64,000 nucleotides of DNA from a virus, in IMG/VR virus record IMGVR_UViG_3300029319_009270, positions 1-64,000 of that record. One strand, given 5' to 3'. The notes below the pieces were generated by a model, which saw only the letters and a program-made list of their open reading frames with translations, had not been told where the DNA came from and ran no database searches. Every line of letters starts with the position of its first letter. Position 1 is the stretch's first letter. The position numbers and the translations under genes are program-made. Below are positions 35,026-44,419 of this stretch, piece after piece.

Positions 35026-37811
35026 AGCATGTCCTCTACTAACTTACTAATTAATCTTATTTCATTTAATTCTTGCTTTAAGCGCTCAGCTTCGTCTGAT
35101 GCAATTTTTTGCTGATGTTCCATGTGTTGTACGTCAGCATATTCCTTGATTCCCCTTACTAATACATAAGGATATATATCGAAAGCAGCGTCTATTGCTT
35201 TTTTTCTTTTTTGTTCTGCTGTTGATTTTTCATCATCTTTCATGCGTTGTAAACTAACTAAATCAGCTTGCTGAACTTTATTCAGCAAAGACTTAATATC
35301 TGCTTCCTTTTCAGGTATGTATTCTGAAATAATCTTATCATACAACCCAATACTTTCAGCATAGATTTTATAAAATTCATTTTCATCAACACCTAAAACT
35401 AAAAATTTCTGTGTACCTTTTTTGTTGGGCGAAGAAAAGTCAGGAACATTCTTTTTGCCCATAAAATGTTCTGCTAAACTAAAAGCTTCCTTGTAATCAA
35501 TATCTTCATACGCAGCATCTAATTTTTCAGCAATTGATACACGCCACTTTTTATCTGTTTTTTGTATCACATCATCAAGAATATCGCCTAAAATACTCCT
35601 AGCTATAATACCTCCTAATCCGTGAATACCGGATCTATATCCTTCAACAATACCAGTTAACTCTTCTTCATTGAATGAATCACGAACCCAGTCTGTTAAA
35701 GCAAAAACAGGTATATCTTTATTATGCTCAATAGCACCCGACACAAGAGCAATGTCTCGAAGCGGTAATTCCTGATATGCTTCGTCAATCATTTCGAAAT
35801 CTTTATTTGCAATATTTATTGCATTTCTAAATTCTTCTGACTGTGTTGCTATAACTTCTGGATTGTTAATATCAATATTATCTTTTGTTTCTTCATTTTT
35901 AATTTTCAAAAATTGTTTTGATAAATCATCTATTTGTTCTTGTCTGTTATATATTTTTAAAAAGACAGGTAAATTTTGAATAACTTTTTCTATAACTTGA
36001 GAAGCAATCTCTGCAAACTTTTTTGCGCCAGGATGATTATCAGTCTCATTTTTCGATAGTTGTAATAATCGTAATTTTCTTTCAGGGAATTTTAAAACCC
36101 ACTGCCTCAAACCTGATTCTCCTCTAAATCCGTACAAAGGCGCAATGTGCGTATACCTTTGAGGATTTGCTTGCTTTTCTAAAGTTTTAATTAATTTCTC
36201 TGTTTCGCCAGACTCAGCATCATCAAGTTTTTGTTGTTGCTTTTCTAATTCAATCCTTTCCTTTTCTTTTTGTGCTGACTCATGAGAATCTACTGCATAA
36301 GCAACTGTTGAATCAACAAAAACTGTAATAGCCTCAAGCAATTCAGTTTTTGTCATTGTTACTGTTAACTCTGGAATATCTGGATTTTGTATTTTAAAGT
36401 TCCCATCTTTGGTATAATACTTTGACTTTTCCATCAAAGCATATATCGCAGGCGGATAAGTTTTTCTAATTTCATCAGCAAACTGGTGGGCATGAAAATT
36501 GAAATTTCTCATTGTGTAATATTCTGTAGCTCTATGAATTGAAAAGTACTTGTGGATAATTCGATCTATATTTACACCTTCTTCTTCAATATCGTACTTG
36601 TATGCCATTGTTATTAATTTAGCCATTTCTTTGTTAGCATCATTTGTGTTGTACTTAAAATGCGTTGCATAAATATCTAAATTTCTTTGATACGTCGGAT
36701 TAAACTCATACAACCCTTTTAAGATTTTAAAAATTTGTGCCTCTATTTGATCGTTTGTTAAATTAAAAATGGCTCTAGACCTAATAGCATTGTTATAAAC
36801 TAAACCGTATTTTGAACTAATATCCTTCATAATTCCTGCGCTATATTCAACACTACCTACTGACCCAGGCTTTTTCCTTGTAATTGTCATTGCCTTTCCG
36901 AACCCTGTTTCTCTAGGTGCTATTTGTGAACCTCCGTATGTCAAACTATGATTGGCAGAAATTAATTGATAGTTAACTTCATAAACTGCTTGCATTGCAA
37001 CAAAAACAACATCCATATGAGGCGTTTCAGGATTATCAAACGACCATGTTTTTGCTGCATCAACAATTGATTGTAATTCTTCCGGGACTTCTTCTTCATT
37101 AACTATGATTGCAGCGGCTCGCTCTGCTGCTCTTAGTCTTGGTTCAATAATTTTTGATGCATCAACATTAGCGGGTACTACAACTATGTCTTTAAATTGC
37201 TTCATCATGTCTTCGATATCTTTAATATCTTGAACATTTTGATCACCTTGCTGTTTAATTTGTTGAGATATTAATTGTGCATACTCACCTGTCGTTATCT
37301 CACCGCCACCAAAATCGTCAGCGATATCTTCATCATCGATCTCTTTATCATCATCGTCCGCGCCCTGCTGTTTAAGCCACTGTGCTGCTGCATCATCTTT
37401 ATCACCGAATGGATCATCATCATCATGATAAGATTCAATTAATCTTCTAAATGATTCTAAGAGCTCGTCACTCATTTTTTTATCTTGATGACTATCTAAA
37501 GAGTTGTCCAACATTCTATGAAGTTGTCTATAAAATTTTTCTATCTGATCTTCAGGGACTTCTGCCGCTATTAATTGTGCAGCTCGACCTAATTCTCCTT
37601 TTGTCCCTGGGACATATTCTGCGTCATCGACAGGGGGAGCTTCTACTGCCAGCTGTGATGACATCATCTCAACAGGTTTAGTAGGTAAATCTTCTGATTC
37701 CATTCCACTATCAAACATTGTACTTGTCATATCACCGTAGCTAGGTGTTCTATTTTCAACTATTTTTTTAATAAAATTTTCAAGTACTGTCTTCTTTATT
37801 GTTATGCTCAT
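35022..37811 (-). CDS. Large leader-tagged putative internal virion protein
   Basis: MSITIKKTVLENFIKKIVE; internal LLESFRRLIES; C-terminus LNEIRLISKLVE; ATAATTA at 37832-37838. Confidence 0.65.
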   Translation of the reverse strand: MSITIKKTVLENFIKKIVENRTPSYGDMTSTMFDSGMESEDLPTKPVEMMSSQLAVEAPPVDDAEYVPGTKGELGRAAQLIAAEVPEDQIEKFYRQLHRMLDNSLDSHQDKKMSDELLESFRRLIESYHDDDDPFGDKDDAAAQWLKQQGADDDDKEIDDEDIADDFGGGEITTGEYAQLISQQIKQQGDQNVQDIKDIEDMMKQFKDIVVVPANVDASKIIEPRLRAAERAAAIIVNEEEVPEELQSIVDAAKTWSFDNPETPHMDVVFVAMQAVYEVNYQLISANHSLTYGGSQIAPRETGFGKAMTITRKKPGSVGSVEYSAGIMKDISSKYGLVYNNAIRSRAIFNLTNDQIEAQIFKILKGLYEFNPTYQRNLDIYATHFKYNTNDANKEMAKLITMAYKYDIEEEGVNIDRIIHKYFSIHRATEYYTMRNFNFHAHQFADEIRKTYPPAIYALMEKSKYYTKDGNFKIQNPDIPELTVTMTKTELLEAITVFVDSTVAYAVDSHESAQKEKERIELEKQQQKLDDAESGETEKLIKTLEKQANPQRYTHIAPLYGFRGESGLRQWVLKFPERKLRLLQLSKNETDNHPGAKKFAEIASQVIEKVIQNLPVFLKIYNRQEQIDDLSKQFLKIKNEETKDNIDINNPEVIATQSEEFRNAINIANKDFEMIDEAYQELPLRDIALVSGAIEHNKDIPVFALTDWVRDSFNEEELTGIVEGYRSGIHGLGGIIARSILGDILDDVIQKTDKKWRVSIAEKLDAAYEDIDYKEAFSLAEHFMGKKNVPDFSSPNKKGTQKFLVLGVDENEFYKIYAESIGLYDKIISEYIPEKEADIKSLLNKVQQADLVSLQRMKDDEKSTAEQKRKKAIDAAFDIYPYVLVRGIKEYADVQHMEHQQKIASDEAERLKQELNEIRLISKLVEDML

Positions 37812-37857
37812 GTGCAACCTCGCTTACACAATAATTATGTTTGTATTTTATAAAATA

Positions 37858-38250
37858 CTAATAAACTGCGTAAAGAATGCTAATAGTAGTTGCTGTACCT
37901 AGCAGAAAGCCTCCTGCAGCATATGATATAGGTTTCAATGGTTTACTAAGATTTTCAATTTCCTTAATCCTCTCATCCCTCAGAGAAACTTTTTCATTTA
38001 AAATTTTTATTTGTGAATTTAATTCTATGGTAGTTTTTTGCAAATTTAATTCATTAAGTTCTTTCAGCTTTTGCTTTTCATATTCTATTTGCAAATCGCA
38101 CTGCTGGACTTTAAATTTATCCTCTATCGATAATTTTACAATTGCTTCATCATTTAAAAGCCTGCCATCAAAAGGCGCGACATCACCCTCTTTAAGTTGC
38201 GTAAACTGTGGATCTGCATGTGCCAATGACAATAATAAAAAACCCAACAT
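37858..38250 (-). CDS. Exported coiled-coil protein with a C-terminal TM
   Basis: Short signal MLGFLLLSLAHA; heptads; C-terminus YAAGGFLLGTATTISILY. Confidence 0.65.
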   Translation of the reverse strand: MLGFLLLSLAHADPQFTQLKEGDVAPFDGRLLNDEAIVKLSIEDKFKVQQCDLQIEYEKQKLKELNELNLQKTTIELNSQIKILNEKVSLRDERIKEIENLSKPLKPISYAAGGFLLGTATTISILYAVY

Positions 38251-38322
38251 AACCTCTCCTTTTTTGAGATTATACTGGGTAAATTTACAAATTAAAATGA
38301 ATTAATAGTCTTAATTATTGTC

Positions 38323-38727
38323 TTACGACTTTTTCACTTTCTTAATGCCCATATCAATTAGTAGTTTATCTAATTCTTCTGGGTCGTTTCGCACAGCATC
38401 AATTTGTCTTCTATACTCTAGATCTTTTTCTTTTTGCAAATGACTGTTAGCATCTTCATATTTTTTATCTAATTCTCGCATAGCTGTTTGATATTGTATT
38501 TCTGCTTTAATTAGTTTTCTTCTCTTTGCTTTCTTTTCTTTTTCAATCATTTCAACTTCGCGCTTGTATTGATCACGTGCTAACTCTGCATTTATTTTTA
38601 AACTTCTTTGTTTTTTTGAACCTGCCATATAAGCTAAAAAAGCACCTAGTGTAAGAACTAACCAACGCCAGTGTTGTATACACCAAGCAGTTATTTTTTT
38701 TAGTTGTGCTTTTACTTTTAAAAACAT
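38323..38727 (-). CDS. N-terminal TM plus coiled-coil protein (i-spanin-like topology)
   Basis: WRWLVLTLGAFLAYMAG followed by a charged coiled coil. Confidence 0.55.
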   Translation of the reverse strand: MFLKVKAQLKKITAWCIQHWRWLVLTLGAFLAYMAGSKKQRSLKINAELARDQYKREVEMIEKEKKAKRRKLIKAEIQYQTAMRELDKKYEDANSHLQKEKDLEYRRQIDAVRNDPEELDKLLIDMGIKKVKKS

Positions 38728-39447
38728 TTAATAACCATCATCTTGCGAAATTATTTCATCATAAAGGTCGTATAATCTGTCGGGAATATCAATTTCACTA
38801 TAATATTTTCTAATGATATCTTCAGCAGCTTTTTGATCAACAATAACTAAATCTGCATACATTGTCATAGGTCCGGGAACATTCTCATACATTGCAACTA
38901 CAATTCCGTCTTTATTAACAAAAGCGTCATCAGATTCAATATAGTTTAAATAACCAGAGTCACTATCCGCTATATCTTCTAACACGTAAACTGTGTTATG
39001 TGCCAAAAGAGTATCAAGAATAGCTTCATCAGAAACATTAGCAGAAGGCGGATCTCGGTCTGATTCGTGTGGAGTCATAGCATCATAACTGGCTTGTGCT
39101 CTACTAAAAGCGGCATTTCGCCTACTATGATACATTTCTTTAATTAGTTTTCTTAACTGTGTTCTTGTGATTTTCATAAGATCGCTAGGTGTTCGTCTTA
39201 TGCGTGGACGAGGTCTATTGGCTCTTTGTTTGACATCACGATCTACCCGATCTCGCCAAGCATCATCAGGGCTAACGTATTCATAATCCGGAGGAGCTAA
39301 TTCAGGATCGCCCAGCAAACCTTCGTACCCGCCTGGAGCACTTATTTCCTCCTCGCCAAACTCATAAGGAAGATCATGATTAGTGTATATGTCTTTAGGC
39401 ATCTCTTTCAAGATTATCTTTCTAAGCAACTTCCTATTAAGCTTCAT
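38728..39447 (-). CDS. Doubly leader-tagged acidic protein
   Basis: MKLNRKLLRKIILKEM and internal MKITRTQLRKLIKEM (ATG 39177). Confidence 0.75.
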   Translation of the reverse strand: MKLNRKLLRKIILKEMPKDIYTNHDLPYEFGEEEISAPGGYEGLLGDPELAPPDYEYVSPDDAWRDRVDRDVKQRANRPRPRIRRTPSDLMKITRTQLRKLIKEMYHSRRNAAFSRAQASYDAMTPHESDRDPPSANVSDEAILDTLLAHNTVYVLEDIADSDSGYLNYIESDDAFVNKDGIVVAMYENVPGPMTMYADLVIVDQKAAEDIIRKYYSEIDIPDRLYDLYDEIISQDDGY

Positions 39448-39719
39448 TACCCTCTCCAGATCTTTGCAAAATCAATAGCCGATTGACCTCCAATGTAGCA
39501 CATTGCAATCATTCCCCAAGTTTCTGGATCTAATCCTGCCCAGACAAACAAACTTGTAGCAACTAAAAATACTAAAAGTTTTCTAGATACAACTTTTTCT
39601 TGTACCGCGTCTAAAACACCCTTTGACTTAGAATTAATATACCATTTATTCAGCGCTTCTTCACTCATCTCTTTATTTGCTAATTCTTTAGCTTTGTCTA
39701 GTATTTCCCCTTTATTCAT
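39447..39719 (-). CDS. Holin-like two-TM protein
   Basis: SRKLLVFLVATSLFVW...WGMIAMCYIGGQSAID. Confidence 0.55.
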   Translation of the reverse strand: MNKGEILDKAKELANKEMSEEALNKWYINSKSKGVLDAVQEKVVSRKLLVFLVATSLFVWAGLDPETWGMIAMCYIGGQSAIDFAKIWRG

Positions 39720-39991
39720 TTGTCTCCTCCTTTAAACGGATCATTATCCTCTAACATCGCATAAATATCTTCAACGTCTGTTTTTGTATATTTTTTTACT
39801 GCCTTTACTTGTTTATCCTTAACAAGTTGATCCATTATTCTTATAACATCATTTGATTGCTGACCTACTCGTCTAGCAAACTCTTGTAAAACTTCTTGCA
39901 TAGATAGATCTCTCTTGAAACACTGAATTCTAAATTCGGAATGGACTTCGTGTGTCATGTTAATATGTAAAGATTTTTTACCTCTTATCAT
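39716..39991 (-). CDS. Ribbon-helix-helix-like DNA-binding protein
   Basis: KKSLHINMTHEVHSEFRIQC...SMQEVL pattern. Confidence 0.6.
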   Translation of the reverse strand: MIRGKKSLHINMTHEVHSEFRIQCFKRDLSMQEVLQEFARRVGQQSNDVIRIMDQLVKDKQVKAVKKYTKTDVEDIYAMLEDNDPFKGGDK

Positions 39992-40578
39992 TAACCGCCT
40001 CCAGTTCCGGTACCACCTGCGTACGCGCCTAATCCTTGAGGTGCTGCTCTTCCTTCTTCTTCTGCAAAATCATCCTCTATTTCTATATCGTACTGGGACT
40101 CTAGAATTGCATCGAAACGTTCAGTATGTTCTTCGTTATAGTTTTCTTTCAAAAAAGCTTTAGCTCGATTGTATATTGCAGCTTCAACTTTCAAAAGCTT
40201 GTCAAAATTCATTATCAGTCTAGCGACCTTAGATCCAAATTGGTCTATATCAATTTTAGATTTATTAGGTTCTGCTTCGTCTTCTTCTGTTTGTTCTTCT
40301 GATCCCGTTGTAGCACCTTCTGCATCAGCAGCAGGATCTAAAGTTTCTTGCTCTTGTAGTAATATTTCAATTTTTTTTGTAAGAAAAGATTCTGATAGAT
40401 TGTCTAGCTCGCTCTCTTTTAACGCAGACTCCGATTCAAACTTTATAAGTAGAGAGTCAATTTGATCGTCGACGGAACCTCGTGCTAATCTAGATTTTTT
40501 ACCGACTTTTACGTCTTCATCTTCTTTTTCCGGGATTTCTCCGAGATCTGCTTCAAATATCAATTTATATAAATTCAT
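39991..40578 (-). CDS. Acidic putative head core protein
   Basis: MNLYKLIFEA, LKES, LSES, LLQE. Confidence 0.55.
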   Translation of the reverse strand: MNLYKLIFEADLGEIPEKEDEDVKVGKKSRLARGSVDDQIDSLLIKFESESALKESELDNLSESFLTKKIEILLQEQETLDPAADAEGATTGSEEQTEEDEAEPNKSKIDIDQFGSKVARLIMNFDKLLKVEAAIYNRAKAFLKENYNEEHTERFDAILESQYDIEIEDDFAEEEGRAAPQGLGAYAGGTGTGGG

Positions 40579-40580
40579 TA

Positions 40581-41273
40581 TTAACCTCTAATAACAGCCA
40601 AAATTCTATCTGCTCTTTCAATTCTTTTTTCTATTACATTCCAATTTAGTTCTTTCATCATAGCTGTCGTGTACAACTTTACATCTTTAAGGTAATCCCT
40701 ATAATAAGCATGTTGCCAAACATCCATTACGATCACCGGATAAAATCCAGCAGGAACTTGCTGAGAATGCAAGTCTATAACACAGTTCATGTATTTTTGT
40801 GTGTATGTATTTAAATATGTAACTGCCCAACCACATCTAGCAGCAGAACAGCATGCGATAAAATCTCTTTGCCAGTCATCAAAAGAACCAAAGTCCCTCT
40901 GCAACCTCATAAAAGAAAGAGAATCCATCGTTATTTCAGAATTAACATCGCTTATGTTTGCAAAATATAATTCATGGAGGTAAGCAGCATTCATATTGTA
41001 AGTCTCATCAATTTTTAATTGACGATAATCAGAATGATTTGAATTAGATTTTGATCGATCAACAGTGTCTAACTTTGCACTAATCTCATTAAAATCTTTA
41101 AGATACTGCTGATACAGTTTTTTGTGATTTTCTTTATTCTTGTTACTAAGAAATTCTGTGTTTAACTTAAATTGTTTTTCTTGAGCAATTAGCGCTTCAT
41201 CTATTCTATCTTCTTTCAATCCTAAGTTGTCTTTAATTAAAGATTTCACTTCATTATTTAACAAGTAATCCAT
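40581..41273 (-). CDS. Fe/Mn superoxide dismutase-family protein with an N-terminal extension
   Basis: H..LY..Y, LHELYF.N, DFGSF..W, GWA, DVWQHAYY.DY. Confidence 0.8.
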   Translation of the reverse strand: MDYLLNNEVKSLIKDNLGLKEDRIDEALIAQEKQFKLNTEFLSNKNKENHKKLYQQYLKDFNEISAKLDTVDRSKSNSNHSDYRQLKIDETYNMNAAYLHELYFANISDVNSEITMDSLSFMRLQRDFGSFDDWQRDFIACCSAARCGWAVTYLNTYTQKYMNCVIDLHSQQVPAGFYPVIVMDVWQHAYYRDYLKDVKLYTTAMMKELNWNVIEKRIERADRILAVIRG

Positions 41274-41275
41274 TA

Positions 41276-41524
41276 TTATGCCCTTTTAAAGTATTTTTTT
41301 AACTCATCATAATCTATAACAAAAGAAAAATCACCTCGACGTAGGTTAAAAAAATATTGATTGTCTTTAAAGAAAGCTTTTTCTATTGTATACTTGATTC
41401 GAGTATCCTTGTCCATAACAATAAAATGCTTTCTTAAAGCTGATTTTTCTGGAAGCTCTTTTAATGCGTCATTTGATCCGTCAGATTCCAAAAGCTTTTT
41501 TAAGATATTTTTATATTCTTTCAT
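41276..41524 (-). CDS. Small leader-like protein heading a late-type operon
   Basis: MKEYKNILKKLLES; ATACTTA at 41547-41553. Confidence 0.6.
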   Translation of the reverse strand: MKEYKNILKKLLESDGSNDALKELPEKSALRKHFIVMDKDTRIKYTIEKAFFKDNQYFFNLRRGDFSFVIDYDELKKYFKRA

Positions 41525-41552
41525 TATATGACTACCTAGCTTAATATAAGTA

Positions 41553-41978
41553 TTACGAATCAATCGTTCTTACTATAATTCCAGAGCTTTCTAGTATATC
41601 TATTCCCTTACTGTTAGGATATCTTTCTAAATATATGACTTCTTTAATTCCTGCATTAATAATTGCTTTGGCGCAAACATCACAAGGAGATAATGTCAAG
41701 TACATTTTTTTGTCTTTTGACGTATTGTAGTCACACTTAATTAATGCATTGATTTCAGCGTGTATAAAACCACTCATACCTACCTGATTTGAATCCCTTG
41801 TATTTGGACCGCCTTTTTGATCTCCATTATATCCAACAGCAAAAACCTGAGTGTTGTCTTCTGACACAATAACACAGCCGACTTTGTGTTTTGGGTCGAC
41901 TGATCTACAAGCTATCATTCTAGCAAATTGGGACCAAATATGGTCCCAACTAGGTCTTCCACTTCTGATTGCGTACAT
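41553..41978 (-). CDS. dCMP deaminase
   Basis: RPSWD, VGCVIV, GYNG, HAEINA, PCDVC. Confidence 0.9.
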   Translation of the reverse strand: MYAIRSGRPSWDHIWSQFARMIACRSVDPKHKVGCVIVSEDNTQVFAVGYNGDQKGGPNTRDSNQVGMSGFIHAEINALIKCDYNTSKDKKMYLTLSPCDVCAKAIINAGIKEVIYLERYPNSKGIDILESSGIIVRTIDS

Positions 41979-41980
41979 TG

Positions 41981-42832
41981 TTATTCATCCTCTTCTTGAA
42001 TGTCAGAAAATATTTCATCAACATGTTTATCCTTGCTAATTCTAAAACCCGCTGCTTTTCTATGACCCCCGCCTCCAAATTCTTTGGCAATCTCAGAAAC
42101 ATCAATTGTATCATGAAACGATCTTAAACTGACTAGGGTAGTTTTTGCATCGTGGTCGTAATACCAAATTGTTGCAAAATCACAATCAGGAGAAAGTTTA
42201 GCGCCTATTTCTGACATCCAATGTGAAGCATTAACAACATATGTTTTCATACCTTTGTACTCTTTTAAAGTTGCTTTTTCACATATCTTTTTAATAACTG
42301 TCTTTGAATACGCTAATATATAGCTACCTCTTTTAACAGCGTCATCAAAGACAGAATCATCTTCAAATTTTTCAAACTCTTCAAATTCAAACGGAACCAT
42401 GTCAAAAGCTGCACTAAATTCTTTTGAATAAGGTAATTCCCATTTCCACAGATCTCTGTCCATAATGTACTGAATAAACTTAGGTGGTTCCTTTCCTGGA
42501 TGAAACCACTCCCAAGATAACATCGCACCACTTTTGGTCATGTCAAAATGTGTATTACTAATATCGTGTAATTCAACCATAGCAGATTTATGATGATCAA
42601 TAACTAATAAATTATTAGAGTCTTCTATCATCTTTTTTGTTGTTGCGTTATTAAAAGAAAAATCTAATATTACAACATTCTTATTTTTAACATCTGGGGG
42701 TTGGGTACCGTGCTTGCACGCGTGATACTCTGCTCTATTACCAAGTAGCTTCCACGCAGAATATGCAGCACCAAAACCGTCTGTACAATGTGCATGATAT
42801 ATTACACAATCTACGCTGTTCGGATCTAACAT
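41981..42832 (-). CDS. DHH/DHHA1 phosphoesterase (nanoRNase-like)
   Basis: YH..C.DG, DF, IDHH, D.DLW, GGGGHRKAAG. Confidence 0.85.
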   Translation of the reverse strand: MLDPNSVDCVIYHAHCTDGFGAAYSAWKLLGNRAEYHACKHGTQPPDVKNKNVVILDFSFNNATTKKMIEDSNNLLVIDHHKSAMVELHDISNTHFDMTKSGAMLSWEWFHPGKEPPKFIQYIMDRDLWKWELPYSKEFSAAFDMVPFEFEEFEKFEDDSVFDDAVKRGSYILAYSKTVIKKICEKATLKEYKGMKTYVVNASHWMSEIGAKLSPDCDFATIWYYDHDAKTTLVSLRSFHDTIDVSEIAKEFGGGGHRKAAGFRISKDKHVDEIFSDIQEEDE

Positions 42833-42846
42833 ATTATACTCCTAAA

Positions 42847-43422
42847 CTAAATGCGCATATAAGTATGGTGTTCCTGACATCTTGGCTCGTAAAGTTCTGA
42901 CCCACCTACTTGAATTTTTTTATTCGCATTACTTAAACTATGTTGTTGTTTTTTGTGTGTATATCTTGCATCTTTCTGGCATATCGGACAAACAGCTTTA
43001 CATTTTACAATTCTTGTACAAAAAGGCATTATTTTTTGTACTTCTTCAAAAGGCTCTCCTAAAAAATTTAAATCAATTGAAGCAATTACTACATCATAAC
43101 CCATTTTAAAAAGATCGATACACTCTTGTGCACTACCTTCTATTAAAAATAACTCATCTATAATTACACAGTCATAAAAGTCTGCGCCTAGATCATGAGA
43201 TTTCATAATCTCTATAATTTCTTTTCCTGTATTAACAAGATGAGCATCAAGCTTATTGAAATTGTGTGTAACTATTTCGCCCTTACCAGAATATCTGTCA
43301 TCCATTTTGGATTTAAAAGCAATCAAATTCTGTTTCCGGTATTCCCTTTTATCAGCTTCCATTAATAACTTTGTTGTCTTCGAACTGAACATTGGCCCAG
43401 TATACAATATCATTTCTGCCAT
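42847..43422 (-). CDS. tdk: Thymidine kinase
   Basis: GPMFSSKTT, DDRY, IDE, C..C, VGGSELYEPRC..H. Confidence 0.9.
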   Translation of the reverse strand: MAEMILYTGPMFSSKTTKLLMEADKREYRKQNLIAFKSKMDDRYSGKGEIVTHNFNKLDAHLVNTGKEIIEIMKSHDLGADFYDCVIIDELFLIEGSAQECIDLFKMGYDVVIASIDLNFLGEPFEEVQKIMPFCTRIVKCKAVCPICQKDARYTHKKQQHSLSNANKKIQVGGSELYEPRCQEHHTYMRI

Positions 43423-44402
43423 TACTTCAAACCCCACCACTTAACTGTTTTTTCTAATCCTTCCCAAAATCTTACTTTAGGCGTGTAACCAAAAGCTTCT
43501 TTTGCTCGAGTTATGTCTGCACATGTATGCATAACATCACCTGGTCGCCATGGTGCAGTATGAACTTTTGATCCGAAGTTATCTATAAAATAAGTTAATA
43601 TCTCTCCATTTGTTACAGAATCGCTACACGCAATATTAAAACATTGACCACGCCATCTTTCTTTTACCTTTGAGGAAAGTATATTTGCATCAACAACATT
43701 ATCAACATAACACATGTCTCTACTTTGAGTTCCATCACCATCCGATCGACAGCTAAGACCGTTTTTAGTAGCATGACACCAAGCAGAAACTGCAGTCGAA
43801 TAAGGGCTGTCTCCATACTGACCCGGCCCAAACACGTTAAAATATCGAAGGCAAACAATATCAGAATCATCATAAAGTGAACCATAAACTTTGGCGATAT
43901 CTTCACACGCAGATTTTTGCCAAGCATAAGGTGACTTAGGCTTTTTGATCGTTGATTCAGGCGTAGGCATAATATCTGCGCCACCATAAACTGACGATGA
44001 TGAAGAAAAAATAATTCTTGTTTTTCCAATTCTTGCTGCATCAAATAATTTAACTGTATTCATTAAGTTGACCTCAGTCGTCTCTGCTGGATTCTCAACT
44101 GAAAAACTTACTCGTGGTACCGCAGCAAGATGAAATATGCAGTCATAATTTCCTAATGCAACTTTTTCTAATATTCCGCTGAAAGCGAAATCACAATGAA
44201 AAAACCTAATAAAATCTCTGCCTGTTTCATCTATGCTGTGCATAATCTGTGCCATTGATTTTCTAATTTTATATTCTTCTAACGAATCAAAATTACCGCT
44301 AGATAAATCATCAACAATGTCAATCGTGTAATTTTCTTCATGTAGCTTCTTAACTAAATTAGAACCTATGAAACCGAAACCACCCGTTACTAAAACTTTC
44401 AA
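43422..44402 (-). CDS. NAD-dependent sugar epimerase/dehydratase
   Basis: TGGFGFIG, HLAA, SSSSVYG, YAWQK, RYFNVFGP. Confidence 0.9.
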   Translation of the reverse strand: MKVLVTGGFGFIGSNLVKKLHEENYTIDIVDDLSSGNFDSLEEYKIRKSMAQIMHSIDETGRDFIRFFHCDFAFSGILEKVALGNYDCIFHLAAVPRVSFSVENPAETTEVNLMNTVKLFDAARIGKTRIIFSSSSSVYGGADIMPTPESTIKKPKSPYAWQKSACEDIAKVYGSLYDDSDIVCLRYFNVFGPGQYGDSPYSTAVSAWCHATKNGLSCRSDGDGTQSRDMCYVDNVVDANILSSKVKERWRGQCFNIACSDSVTNGEILTYFIDNFGSKVHTAPWRPGDVMHTCADITRAKEAFGYTPKVRFWEGLEKTVKWWGLK

Positions 44403-44419
44403 TTTTTACTCCAATTTTA

